A stretch of DNA of 64,000 nt from Phoronis australis. Its lineage: Eukaryota > Animalia > Phoronida. The position numbers and the translations under genes are program-made. The stretch's first letter is position 1. Every line of letters starts with the position of its first letter. Location: assembly GCA_002633005.1 (NCBI GenBank), contig NMRA01000103.1, positions 1 to 64,000 of the forward strand, in the 5' to 3' direction. Shown one piece after another: positions 26,766-39,446 of this stretch. The notes beneath the pieces are model-generated. The model ran no database searches. It was not told where the DNA came from and worked only from the letters and a program-made list of their open reading frames with translations.

Positions 26766-27210
26766 ACTTCACGGACTATTTCACCGTCAGTGAAAGATGA
26801 ATCCGCATAGGGAGCCGTTGGAAACGAATCGATATTCCAAATGAAAAACACGTCTTTGTCAATTTAAGGAACTTGCTGTGCAAGCCATCAATGAGTTGGC
26901 GCCTATCTGGAGAAAATGGTCACACAGAGACCCCTGGTGCATAGATGACAAAACAGAACAGCTTTTGCACTTTTGTCATTTCTCGATGTTCTTCCAGAAT
27001 GATCCAACCACACCTCCACCTGGCGGATAGTTAAAGAACGCAAAATCATGGTTCTCTAATGACTTTATACCAGCAGCAGTATCCCTGTTTGTAAATGTTG
27101 TCAATGAAAATAAATTGTTTAAGTAAACTAATACAAATGATATTTCGTACAACCAGCAAATTGGGGCTTTACTACCAGCTACAATAACTGAACACCATTA
27201 TCTTTTAATT

Positions 27211-27356
27211 CAAAACATGGATGCCTAGCACAGGCCCCCAAAACATGGATGCCTAGCACAGGCCCCAAAACATGGATGCCTAGCAAAGGCCCTCAAAACA
27301 TGGATGCCTAGCACAGGCCCCCAAAACATGGATGCCTAGCACAGGCCCCCAAAACA
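27211..27356. repeat. ~28-bp minisatellite x5
   Basis: Unit CAAAACATGGATGCCTAGCACAGGCCCC. Confidence 0.95.
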
Positions 27357-28720
27357 CTGTGAATGCCAACAGCTAGGTACATACACAAAAACACAAAACT
27401 ACAATGTTAGTGGCTAGTAACAAAATCCACAAAAACCAGAATTTAATTTAATCACTTACGACAGTAAAAGGACAAAATTAAAAGTTCACTTTTTGCAAGG
27501 AAAGAGATTTATTTTCAGTTTACAGAATTAGAGAAAATTCACGACTTCCTCCGCCCATTCTACTGCTGATTGTACTAGTCCACATCAAAATGCAGTTTCT
27601 AGAATATGGGTTAACAGGCATGATCTCATAACATTATGTACAAATGATCTCATAACATTATGTACAAAAATAATTCAAGGTGTGAATTTTATTTTTGATA
27701 CAGAGCATGGCACTAAAGGTACTGACATAGAAATGTGTTGAAAATGCTACACTCTATAGTGCTTTATTCATATACATATATACAGACATTCTACATGTAC
27801 GCACAGACAACTTGATCCATAGGCTCTGCCTGTAGTGCCGTGAATCCAAATGGCACCTTTTAGCTTTGTTTTGATGCCACTGGCCATGGAAATTGCACCA
27901 CCAGTCTACGTACTTATAATGTTGTGTATATCTATACAAACAAACCACAAAGGATATTACACAGATGATGCAAAGTAGCGTTGTCTGGAGGCTGCCATCG
28001 TTTCCCCACTCCTGCACCATCTATTGTTCACAACAATAACCAATGCAATGCAGAATTGATATTATCAATGCCAGAAAGAGTTATTGTCATGTAGCTCCTT
28101 GTTCACAACCCTCTTTAATTCCTTTAAATACATCAACATATTGCCAATTTCAAATATGGCGTTAACATGGTGAAATACGCCTTGTCACTAGATGTCGATA
28201 GTGACCTAGTGGCATTCCACATTCCTGTATGGCATGCAGTTCGGTATTTTCCAGACATGTTATTAGTAAGTTCTTTGCAATCACCAGGCCGTCAATTGTC
28301 ACTACTGAGCACGATCAACAGGGTGTCAATTGCCCCACTAACTACAGTGGAATTGTCAAATGAGTCGCACAACTTCTCAAAATGTCCCTGGGTGAAAGAA
28401 ATCGTGTTTCAACTTGACCCGTGTTGAATGCAAGAATTAGAAACTGGGTCAAGCAAAAGATGCTTTTGTGCTCTCACAACAGTAAAGAGTTGCATGTAGG
28501 ATGAATCCTGTTGATCAAAAAAATTATAGGAATGACACACACTATACTCTTGACAGGTGAAAAACAATGTCAACACCTGTCCAGTGAAACACCTGACTGA
28601 GCCATATAGCTATGCAACTCCAAATTAACTCCTACAACAGTTTGGAGCTACAACCTCACTCTCATAGAACAAACATGATATTAGCTTGGCTTCATTCTCA
28701 AGACCATAATAGGCCATGTT

Positions 28721-28808
28721 TCACCAGCCAACATGAGCTGCAAGACCTAAGTAGTTCTGTTGATCACCACCAGGTAGTGCATTGTTCTGCAGCAGCCTGG
28801 GGACAGTT
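28721..28808 (-). CDS. SPICE1: SPICE1 terminal exon
   Basis: (R)TVPRLLQ...QNYLGLAAHVGW* resembles the C-terminal GWFALSTHVS*; phase-2 acceptor ttgcag. Confidence 0.8.
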
Positions 28809-30182
28809 CTGCAATGAAGAATGGAAAAAACCGTAATTGACGACGTCAATTATTCACACTTCAATTTGTCTTACATCACTCTTTGGATATTTACAGAATT
28901 TACGTCTTATTTTGCTCACTTTCTTGCAGAGAAAAGGCCGGGGACACACATATGGTATTTCACTTTGTTAAATATATTTATGTGAGCATATGGACCCGCC
29001 TTACTCCTTTTCCCCCTCATCTTGGTCTATTCCATTAATCCCTTGCGTAGGACTACACGTCGTTTTTCCAGCGTTCGCATTGGTCTGTTGTTATCACGTG
29101 CCTCGAGTTTGGTAAGCTCTGGGCTCTTATAAGCTGATGATTGTCACGCCTTTTTCTTTATTATTGTAACCTCGCTTTCAGTTCACTTTGTTCCGGCCAC
29201 ATTGTTGTAAGTTAAAAACTCATTCAATTTTCTCCTGCACCATCAAGCCCCTCACGGCAAGCTTTTTTTTCCTGTTCTCTCCGATGCCTATTCATTGTGC
29301 TTGTCTTGGTTCATCCTACTTCCGGTGGCTGGGCCATTTTGCCCAGTCTCCCCCGACACATTTTACTCTTGGGTTCGATCCCCTTCATGTCCCGTCTCAT
29401 AACCCCTTTGTGCCCTCTGTGTCAGAAGTGCTTTGCGGCAATGTTTGCCTGCCTAGCACTGTGTGTATTGTGCTCCCACCCCCTTTGTGCCCTCTTGTCT
29501 GAGGCGCTTCGGCACNNNNNNNNNNNNNNNNNNNNTCCTTCCTCGTATATTACGTCACTACACCTTTAGCGCCCTCTGTTGTCACATGTCACCCCCCCAT
29601 TCACGTAACCGTTCATTTTCAGTTGCGTTTTTAATTTCGTTATCTGTCACTTATGACCTGTGCCCCTTTTCGATACCTTATTCCCCCTTTCGAGGTTTCT
29701 GACCTCATTCTCCTACCCCTACCCACGGGGCCCTTCCGCCCATAGCCTGTGGCCCGCCGATGGGCATGAGCTGTCTTACTACATCTCTTGTGGCACTTTT
29801 TATTGCCCATCTTACCAGAGATTACCTATTATACTTATTTACCTGTATTCATTTTATTGTAATTGTACTAGTCATAATAAATGACCTGATATCGCATACC
29901 TCGGTCTCCTTTTCATCTCTGGTAACGAGCTTGTGACGCACGTATCATTTATCTATTATTCGGGACATATGTCAATCATAAATTGTGAATTGTTTTAAAG
30001 AGATCAAAGATGAGTGTCATTTTCTTTGTCGTAATGAAATGCTGCAAATCCATAGACAATGTACATTGTACAATGCACAATGCAAGTTTCAAAAAATTAG
30101 TTCATCAAATTATACACACAATAAAACACAATCAAGGCTTCAAATCCAAACATGGTCCTTCAAGCTGATGAGAAAGAATTAC

Positions 30183-30292
30183 CTCATGTCCGCATTATTT
30201 GGTGACGGTGTCACAGAGAGGGTGTCAACTTGTGGTACTGATACAGTGATAGCGCGTCTGGTCAGGGTGCTTCCTGATTGTGTAGGCGTTAC
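30183..30292 (-). CDS. SPICE1: SPICE1 exon
   Basis: VTPTQSGSTLTRRAITVSVPQVD resembles KRTIEVSIP; phase 0-2. Confidence 0.82.
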
Positions 30293-31324
30293 CTGAAAAG
30301 GTAGGAACTGATTTAGCATCTCTGTCAATTGTTCGTGAAATTAAGCTTCTTCTGCTGCAGTTTTGTTCCCATTACAGGAAGAGAAATCATCAAATTTACT
30401 TTTCACGAATCAGTTACATTCTCTTCAAAACATCACAATGAAGCCTAGAACTAATCCTCAGCGCCATGTCACTCCAGGAAACAAACAAAGGTTATCTGCG
30501 CAATGAGTAAGTAACCGCATGTCTCACATTTTAAAACAGTGAATTGTTTAGCCCTTGCAATATCCTATAAGTGCACCTGGGTGTGCTTTCAGAAAAAAAC
30601 ATACAGAAATGAAAAATACAAAACAAGACTTGTGTTCAATTTCAAACTTTCTATCACTGAATGAAAGTTATTAAGAATGGACAAAAACATATAAGACCGA
30701 GTTAAGTTAACCCTGTAGCTCACCCACCCACCCCTGCTTATCAATGAAGCATTGGCACGTGCATTGTACTCTTGCCATAACGGCTTTAACAGCAAAATTA
30801 GGTCCAACAACTATTAGTGTGGCAGAATTATAATTACAGAATGGCCTGGCCAACTTTCCTGGTATTAGCAAACCAGCTAGCTTTACGAAGACTATGGTCA
30901 AAATATTTAGTAATAATACAGCTTTGTACCAAGGCTATCCTGGTATATCCCCTACAGCATTGGTCATAAGAGAAGACTAGGTGGTTTTAATTGAGTATTT
31001 TGCAGACACAAACAAGTGCTGATACACTGGGTAAGTTTCTAGATATAATTATGGCATATTTGTGGAAATTTTCATGCATTTGTTCATATAAATTTATTGC
31101 TGTGCCATGTGCTTTTTTTGCTAGTTTTTCATTACAGTTATCGGCATCAGCACTAAGTGTTGTTACATTTATTGTTACAAACACACTTGCCTATAACGCA
31201 GTATGTAAATAGGCAACTCTTTGACCCGCACGGAAATGTATATTGCGAACACTTTTCAGTCTGTTCAGCAAGTCACCAGTGGCCACATCACATGACCTAA
31301 TAAAAATTAGTCAGAAAACACTTC

Positions 31325-31400
31325 TGCCTCAGCCGGGACTTGAATCTGGGACCTTCTGCTAATTGTGCAGACACTCTAGACCACTGGGCCATCAGGATCA
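31325..31400 (-). mobile_element. tRNA-derived SINE-like head
   Basis: TGGCCCAGTGG A box and GATTCAAGTCC B box on -. Confidence 0.5.
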
Positions 31401-31525
31401 ATGAGCCATCAGGACCACTGGTCCAATACGGAAAACCAATCAGACTTAGCAGTGGCGTGCTGACCAGACTTAGTAGAGGCATGATAACCAGACTTTTAAA
31501 ACTGTTTGCAAGAGTCAGTACATAC

Positions 31526-31618
31526 CCACTGTTTGTGATGCTTGTCTTTCACAGGTATCTCTGTTGGAACTGTTGGAATGGGTGATATTGATGGAGAGAC
31601 ACGGCTTCTTGACTTTTC
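31526..31618 (-). CDS. SPICE1: SPICE1 exon
   Basis: EKSRSRVSPSISPIPTV...KQW resembles LSPPMSPV; phase 0-0. Confidence 0.82.
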
Positions 31619-32991
31619 CTAAAAATGTGTTGCATAGCGATGTTCTAGTTCAAGTAACATTATTGGTAACAAAAGCAATTTTCTGAAACCAGTCACAGAG
31701 CAGATTCCAACCTTCACATTGCAGTCAAACGGTCAGCAACTAAAAAAACCCACAAACATCAATTTCAGCTACTGGCTCCAGTACGTTTATGAACAGCTTC
31801 ACAAACGAATGTAATAAAGGGTAAGCAAGTTCTGTAATGACACGAATCACTCGTGTCATTACAGAACTAACTTGCTTACGGTAAAAAACAAATCCCCATT
31901 ATTTTTGCTTGTTTCAGGTGTATTAATTTGAAAAAGTGAGCAACATTACTAAAAGTACCACACCACCGACTCAATTTTCAAAAAATGACACCTGGGGATC
32001 TAACGGTCATGTGACCGGAAGTCTGACACCAAATATGCAACAATTACAATGATCAGACAAAATCGGTGGAAATACAACAGCAAACACACGAGTGTCTTAA
32101 AGGGTGACTGAACAGGGTCAGTAACAGTACCAGCGACAGTAACAGTAACAGTCACATTTGGATTTCTACGTCCAAGTCAGGTGCAGTGAATGATGCCACA
32201 TAAATTAAAAATTAATTATAAATTAAACGACAGAGAAGTAGTTCTAGGGATCCTAGGAATTGACCAGAAGATCTTTACCAACTAAAACTGCCAATCAAAT
32301 TGGCAGCAAAAAATTCCAAAAACATGACAATAGGCAGACAGAGTGAAGATGAGCCATGAACTATTGTGATATCAACTTAAGGTATCACACACAGGCCTAT
32401 TTTGATGCCTTGATTTCTCCACAAAATGACACAGTAAATTCTTTCCAAATTAGGACAAAATACGACCGAACAGCGAAACTGTGTTTTATCATTTTGTCCA
32501 TGAAACATATGCAGCATCAAATTTAATGTTTTGCAAGTTCAAGTACAATACCAAGCCCAGTAGCGTGTAGCGGCTTGGTGTTGCCATGGTAATTTGTTTT
32601 CTTGGATGCTCCTCCTTCCGCCCAACATCCTTGTCAAGTAGAGCAGCCACAATGTCAAAAGCCCTTAAAACTAAAGGAGGGCAATTTGGCAACTGTTTTT
32701 CTCAAATATTGGTCAGATTTTAATGTATCCAGCTATCAAATAATGTTTTCAAAAATCCCATAATTCCTTGACTAATTTGAAACAGCTCAATTTAGGAAAA
32801 GTTGACAAATTAATCTCATCAAAGTTGTCATTTAAACACTTTTCTTTCCTTGCAGTGAACGATGTCTAGTGGTGTCTATTGTGACGTGCAAAGTTTGAGA
32901 CATATTTGGAGTGGTTGAACAAGACAGTGATGTATGAAAGATGAAAACACTCCTTTCAATTCACAACGGAATTATACAAAGCTATATTTAC

Positions 32992-33638
32992 CAAGTGAAT
33001 TGCTCTTTGTCGGTCAATAATTTGCTGTAGTTTGTTTTGGGCATCTGAATGTTGTTTGGTAAGCTCGTCTATCTGTTTGGCAAGTTGTTGGCTTTCTGCA
33101 ACAGCCTCGTTTTCACTCACGGAGTGACCAATCGGATCATGATGCCAACTGGCGATACCTTTTGGCCGAGTGGGAAGCTCTGGTTCCTCTGCTGCAGCCT
33201 CATTCCCATTAACAGTTTGGCTAATCAGACCAAAATGTCGCCTGGTTAAACCTGTCAGCTGTTTAGGCAACTTGTGTTCTTCTGCAGCCACGTTTTCATT
33301 CACTGACTGGCCAGTCAGATCTGGATGCTGACTGGTGATATTTCTTGGTTTCCCGTGGAATTCAGGTTCCTCTGGTACAGGGCGCTGAATTGTGTTTTCA
33401 GAAGTAATACCATTCAGCACAGCTGGGAAGGTGAGATAATTTGTCTGCATAGCGTGGTTGAGGGAGTTCTGTAGTGTACTGTTGACAGTGGTCCGGGGAA
33501 GCTCCGAATACTGTGTCTGAGTTGAACCACTCTCAGATTTGGACGCTAATTCATTTTGTTCTGATTTTAAATCAGCTAATTTTGATGTCTGAAAGAGTTG
33601 TCCACACTGTGAATTTGTCATCTCTGAAGAAGCTTCAC
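32992..33638 (-). CDS. SPICE1: SPICE1 large exon
   Basis: Overlaps ORF 32956-33621. Ends QIDELTKQHSDAQNKLQQIIDRQR, resembling [24 protein letters not shown]; phase 1-0. Confidence 0.88.
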
Positions 33639-33829
33639 CTAGAAAGACATTAGAGTTCCAACAATCTCAAGAAGCATGATGGTACCCTGGCCAAATAATC
33701 CAAACTGCTAACAAGTTATTTCATTCTCTCTTTTTCCAGAATAAATTGAATTTGTGCCAAAAATATCAAACCGGTGATGTACCCTGTCGCACATTACAGG
33801 TAGCATGACATAAATTGTAACTGGCACAA

Positions 33830-34004
33830 AATCAATATAATGTACACTTCTATGCAGGGTCAATAATCAATATAATGTACACTTCTATGCAGGGTCAATA
33901 ATCAATATAATGTACACTTCTATGCAGGGTCAATAATCAATATAATGTACACTTCTATGCAGGGTCAATAATCAATATAATGTACACTTCTATGCAGGGT
34001 CAAT
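33830..34004. repeat. 35-bp minisatellite x5
   Basis: Unit AATCAATATAATGTACACTTCTATGCAGGGTCAAT. Confidence 0.95.
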
Positions 34005-34041
34005 AGCTACATAGACTTGACAATAAAGTGCTACATAACTT

Positions 34042-35209
34042 ACAAGAGCAACGCCGAGTGTTGAAATGCGCGCACGAATGCATTGCTAATGATGTGCTTT
34101 TAGGGTTACTTATTTGTATCATAAAAATGGCCACTAGATGGCGCAAAAACATACAATCCATCCAAAAACAGGAACATGCCACATTTCATAAAAATCTGTC
34201 AAGGAACTTCGGAGAAACAAAGGAAAACAGAATAAAATGAAATTGCCACTAGTGGGCACAGTGTCCGTTGGATCCGCCTGAAAGTGGTCGTCGTCTGTTG
34301 TTATCTTCATATAAATACACTTACTAAATTTAGTAAAGATACTGCAGTGGGTTTAAGAGATACAAATATGGGCACAAAACAAAACTACCACTAGGAGGCG
34401 CCACAATAGTCAGTCACCATCATCAAAGGTCGTCTTCACACTGAGAACATATATGCCAATTTTCAAATGATTTGGTTGATACAGTGGTGGACACAAAAAA
34501 CAAGATTTGAAAACATCAAAAATAGCCACTAGATGGTGCAAAAGACCTCGATTCCATCCAAAAACAGGAAGATAGCGTCATCACACCAATAGATGCCTAT
34601 ATTTAAAATTATATAAAAATCTGTTGAGGACCTTTGAAGATACTGAGTTAAACATAAAAAACTAAAATTGCCACTAGGGGTCACAGCAGTAATCAGATCT
34701 GTCCGAAAGTCGTCATCATCCTTATAGTCAACATCATATAAATACACTTGCTAAATTAAGTAAAGATCCTGCCAACGGTTTAGGAGATACAGTCATAGGC
34801 GCAACAAAAACAAAAACAAAACTGCCACTAGGAGGGGCCACAGTAGTCAAAATCGTCGGAAATCATCGTAAACCATCCTTTTCATAGTAAGCACATACAT
34901 GTCAATTTTCACAATTATCTTTTGAGCGGTTTGGTTGATAGAGGGGTGGATGCAAAAAAACAGTAAAAATGGCCACTAGGTGGCGCAAACTACATCGAAT
35001 CCATCCGAAAACGGGAGGCTAGCGTCATCTCACTAATAGGTGCCTACATACCAAATTTCATGAAAATCTGTTCAGGACTTTTGAAGATACAAAGGTAAGC
35101 GTAAAAAACTAAAATTGCCACTAGGGGGCACACCGGTAGTCAGATCCGTCTGAAAGTTCGTTCATGCCGTCCCACTCATGTGTCCACATATAAATATGAG
35201 GGCGCATAA
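34042..35209 (-). mobile_element. Helentron/DINE-1-type element with ~150-bp CTCF-motif monomers
   Basis: On +, ACAAGAGCAACGC..GTTGAAATGCGC end and GGGCGCATAA end; 8 motif-bearing monomers. Confidence 0.8.
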
Positions 35210-35284
35210 TAATTATTATTTTCCAATATTCCAGGGCACTCCTAGATAAGCATATAACAATGAAGACCACTTGTCTTTACTCAC

Positions 35285-35392
35285 CATACATCTTTTGAAG
35301 CTTCATTAGTCGTTCATGTGCCTTTCTATTCTCCTCACTCAGCTGAGCTATCTGACGTGTCATGGGAGAGGCGCCACCTGTTGAGCCATTTT
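35285..35392 (-). CDS. SPICE1: SPICE1 exon
   Basis: NGSTGGASPMTRQIAQLSEENRKAHERLMKLQKMY; tag/gtgagt boundaries, phase 1-1. Confidence 0.85.
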
Positions 35393-36107
35393 CTACAAAC
35401 AGCAGAGCACAAGTTCATGCCTTACAGCAAGGAGTGTAGTTCACTTGTGATCTCGTTGTTATTGCTACTACTAGCGCCGCCAAGTGGTAAATAAGCAACG
35501 GTCAAGTAGGAAGCGCAAGAACAATGAGGAAGGACGCATTTTGCAGTGAGATAAATTGCGCTAATTCATCCATGAAAACTCTAGACGTGTCACTTTTATT
35601 TTTCCTAAGGACCCAGAAAAGGCAAGGATTATTTGTTATTTTGCTTTTTCACTTTGTGTGTTCTTTTCACGGTTGGAAGACAAGTCGATTGCAGTCCCAG
35701 TGCCGCTATCGTCTGCAGTGTACACCATTGCACAGGCTACACTCTTGCCTTCTGCAGATACTTTGTCGTCAACGTAGCTCTACTGAAATTATAGGTGAGG
35801 GAGCATCAGAATGAAATACAGTGTTATGGTAGGCATGATGGCCATCGGTCATTAGAAACAAAAGTCCTGGGGTTATGCGCAAAACGAGGGCCAAATCTTA
35901 TCACCACCTCAGCACATGTTGTCAAGGGTCAGGCAAATAACCAAAATTTGTGACGATTGGAGAGGCTCAACATTCATGTGGCACACCCCTTGGTTTTCAC
36001 ATGTTTCGCGCTCCTGGGAAGGGGTCAACACCCATTATGTGCCCACCTGGTTTGCACTCCTCCCTTGTACCCATTTGCTGGCACTTGGGGACAACTCCTC
36101 CCTGAAC

Positions 36108-36260
36108 CAGTGGCTGGTTTAGAGGGGGCCAAGTGGGCCATGCCCCCCTAAAATTCTCCCAGATTCATTTGGCAGTTTGGGGGTGCGAATGTCTGACGGG
36201 AAAAATCCTGGCTAATACTCTTTAGTGCCCACCTAACTCAAAATCCTGGATCCACCACTG
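36108..36260. mobile_element. 153-bp MITE with 5-bp TSD
   Basis: CAGTGG...CCACTG termini; TSD TGAAC. Confidence 0.75.
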
Positions 36261-36416
36261 TGAACCCTCAGGAGCAATCACTAAAAATATGTAGTTCATG
36301 GAGGTATGAAATGTTACACGGAACTGTAATTTGCCTTATTAAGAACTCAAACACGAAACAAAACCATGATGGCTTTTGAAGGGAGCTTCAAGAGAATGAA
36401 AGCAGGTACACTGTAA

Positions 36417-37882
36417 TGGAGCATGCCACCCAAAAAACAACCTAATTTGTGTCAATTTAGCTCTAGCAGTTCCATAACGACACGTACGGTTGCGTTACCT
36501 GACACCTGACGACAGACGGAGGTGTTGAAATTTTCCAATGACATAATTGGTTTCACACGCAGTCTGTTCAGCAGTTCACAACACGGGTTAATGGTGTCAG
36601 CTTATCGCTTGAATTCATCGTTTAACACCAATAAATCACCAAACTTCGATGTAAAACCCTTAAAAATACACCGAGTTCTTATAAAAACGTGTTGTTTTAT
36701 TTCGCTGTTGCGGATTTATTGGTATTTGAACACACCATAGCCTACAAAGTTTGGCAGGCCAATAAGATCCGTAGCAGGAGTTTGGGGTCTGCTCGGAGTC
36801 AAATTCAAAGTATTCTCCGCGAGATACAGACAAAAGAACCTAGATCTGTGTTGTTTAGACTTGTGATTTTTTTAGTTCTAAACACAAAACGCTTGTTATC
36901 TTGACCAGTGGCTCGGAGTCCGATCAGGCCCATCGCGGCCGGCCGTATTGACTCGTTATCCCGGCCAGTGGCTCAGACATCACAAACATAAACCAGCCAA
37001 AGTTCAGTGGAAACTAAACTTCCAGCCTAAAATACTATACTAGGAGCCTAAGTAATGTGCACGTGATTATGTTGGTGAATTAGCCACGAAACTGCAAATC
37101 TACTTACTCGTCAGGCGCCGCGAATTCAGGATCCGCTTTAGGCCACAGCACCGTCTGGGCAGAAGTTGTACATTGACAATCATTATTTGAATAATTTAAT
37201 GTAAATAAAGATTCCCCTAACACCTGGCCGTGGGATGGAAATCGAGTTGTTTTACAACAGTTTCTGCAAGCAAACACTAAATTAGCATGAGCTCACACGG
37301 TCTCGGTGTCCCGTCAATTAGTTTTATTGCACCTAAAGCCGGTAACACAGTGATTTATTCATTGCTGGCTTCCCAAATCATTTGAACTCATGAACACTCC
37401 AAGGCATTACAAACTGCATGTAATGAGACAGACTTTGTTTCAGTTTTATATAAGTATTGGCTGGGTTGAGATTAATTCATTTTGAAACAGAACGCTCAGT
37501 AATAAATGTCAACATGGCAACGTCTGCAGGCCACAGACACGGAAATGTTTCACGGCCTCATACTTGCTATTTACAGCGAACCTTTCATTCTTCACTACCA
37601 CGATTCACTTCCTAAGCATTACGGACTCTCGAGGAAGTAAAAAAAAAGATATACCCGCTTTCCAAGTAGCTGCACAGTTCGGACAAACGGGAACGATGGA
37701 CCGCAACACAGCGGCATTCACTCTGCAGATGAACGACTGACGTCGCTAGCGTCGTTTCTCACCTTCTTCACAGGTTAGCGCGACACCTATTGGCAAGGTA
37801 AGGTCGACCGTATGCGAGGCGATGTGGATATAGACCGATTAAGACGGCAAAAAAGACTAATTAAATCGGGTGGCATTCTCCT
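36417..37882 (-). mobile_element. Kolobok-type element with a decayed THAP domain
   Basis: TIRs TGGAGCATGCCACCC / GGGTGGCATTCTCCT; flanks GTAA and TTAA; THAP relic at ~37525-37705 on -. Confidence 0.6.
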
Positions 37883-38590
37883 TTAATATTGATTAAAACA
37901 CAGTCACATTTTCATTCTCATTCGATTATAAGTGGGTGTTAGTTTACGTTTACCCATTTTCAATCACACAGTAATTTTATTGCACGTCGAACATCATTAA
38001 AGTATGAATTTATCAGCGTTTACATGGTTTGGACTGCGCCACTAAATTAGTGTTGTTTATTCGCCGCTTAGGACGCTAGTGTTTCGACCGATTACCACTG
38101 CGGCGAATGACAAGATGGCAGCATAAAAGCATTACAACAAAATAACCCAGAATTCCCCGTCATGTTGGCTGACTGGGAGCTGAATTAATGGTCAGAAAAG
38201 TCTCCCCTGATGACTGAGAATGAAGGGAGTTAACAGCAATATTAGTAAGGTGACTAAGGTGTTCGTTAATTTTGCCACACCAATAGATATTACCAGTCAT
38301 TTTTGTTATTAACAGAATTAGCCGTAATGACAGGTAAACAGTACTTTGCTCAATTGGTCTTCTAATGTAACTACTTTGCACAAAACGTCAGAGGCATACG
38401 ACACTAATATGCTGCGAGGTGTTTTCTGAATATAACAGACTTGATAAGCACTAAGTAGCGCTATATAAGAAAGGGTCGTCTGATATCTGGAGAGATTGAA
38501 AACAGAGCTGTTAACTATGACGGGTATGTTTGTGAGTGACTACCTGAATGCAAGTATTTACACACGGGCAGGAATGTTGAAACAACAAGT

Positions 38591-38783
38591 GCCATCCTGT
38601 GAACACAAAAGCCCTCATTATAACGGGCGCCATCCTGTGAACACAAAAGCCCTCATTATAACGGGCGCCATCCTGTGACGATCAAGGCCCTGATTACAAA
38701 ACGCGCCATCATGAGATGATCAAGGCCTTCATCACAACAAACGCCATCATGTGAAGATCAAGGCAATCATTACAAGTGCCATT
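38591..38783. repeat. Degenerate ~38-bp tandem repeat
   Basis: GCCATCCTGTGAACACAAAAGCCCTCATTATAACGGGC and variants. Confidence 0.75.
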
Positions 38784-38834
38784 ATGCGAACAAAGCAGGA
38801 GTTCTATTGGTCAGTCTCCCACCAGCAACTATAC

Positions 38835-38996
38835 CTTTCATAACTAGTGCTGATCCAACCTTGGTTAGTCTGGGAGGGGACAGAGGTATAGCCTGGCCCC
38901 TTTGATGCTGCTGTACATGAGTGGGCAAGGCACTAAGAACGGTAGTCATCTGTGAGGCTAGCTCATCCACTGTGGGAGACATCTGGACAACGGGCA
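38835..38996 (-). CDS. SPICE1: SPICE1 exon
   Basis: ...QAIPLSPPRLTK resembles PAVLLTPPRQK; phase 1-1. Confidence 0.78.
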
Positions 38997-39446
38997 CTGG
39001 ACATAAACATACAGTATCATAAATACTCAATCTAATGCTTATTGTAATATTCAATAAAATATTCAATGTAATATTCAATGTAATAAGTGATCTTGAGCTC
39101 ATGGTCTTCCTGTACATTACTTTGAATATTACATTGAGTATTACAATGAATTGAACTTAAGACTAAAATCGAAAACTGACTACGAAGCCAAATTTGTAAA
39201 ATTTGAAAATAATGACTGGTCATTTTTTGTGTTTAAAATTGAAAAAAATTTGCAAGTCTGAACTTAAACACACGGCTATGCTCTCCTGTCTGAATTTCAT
39301 GAAAGAATAATTCTAATTTATCACTAAACAGACTCCAAACTTTGAGCGACCGGCCTCAGTAAGTTAGCCTACCCAACTTTGTAGACTACGGTACCTTCAA
39401 AATTTCTATAAATCCCTAACAGTGAAATAAAACAACTCATTTGTTT

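Noticed and set aside
32489-32692. Minus-strand ORF as an extra SPICE1 exon
   Set aside because: The flanking exons already join in phase with continuous similarity, and there is no good donor.
38068-38120. Another hammerhead-like motif on - (CCG...CGGTCGAAAC)
   Set aside because: The core box is degenerate (CTTGTCATT), so it cannot be supported.
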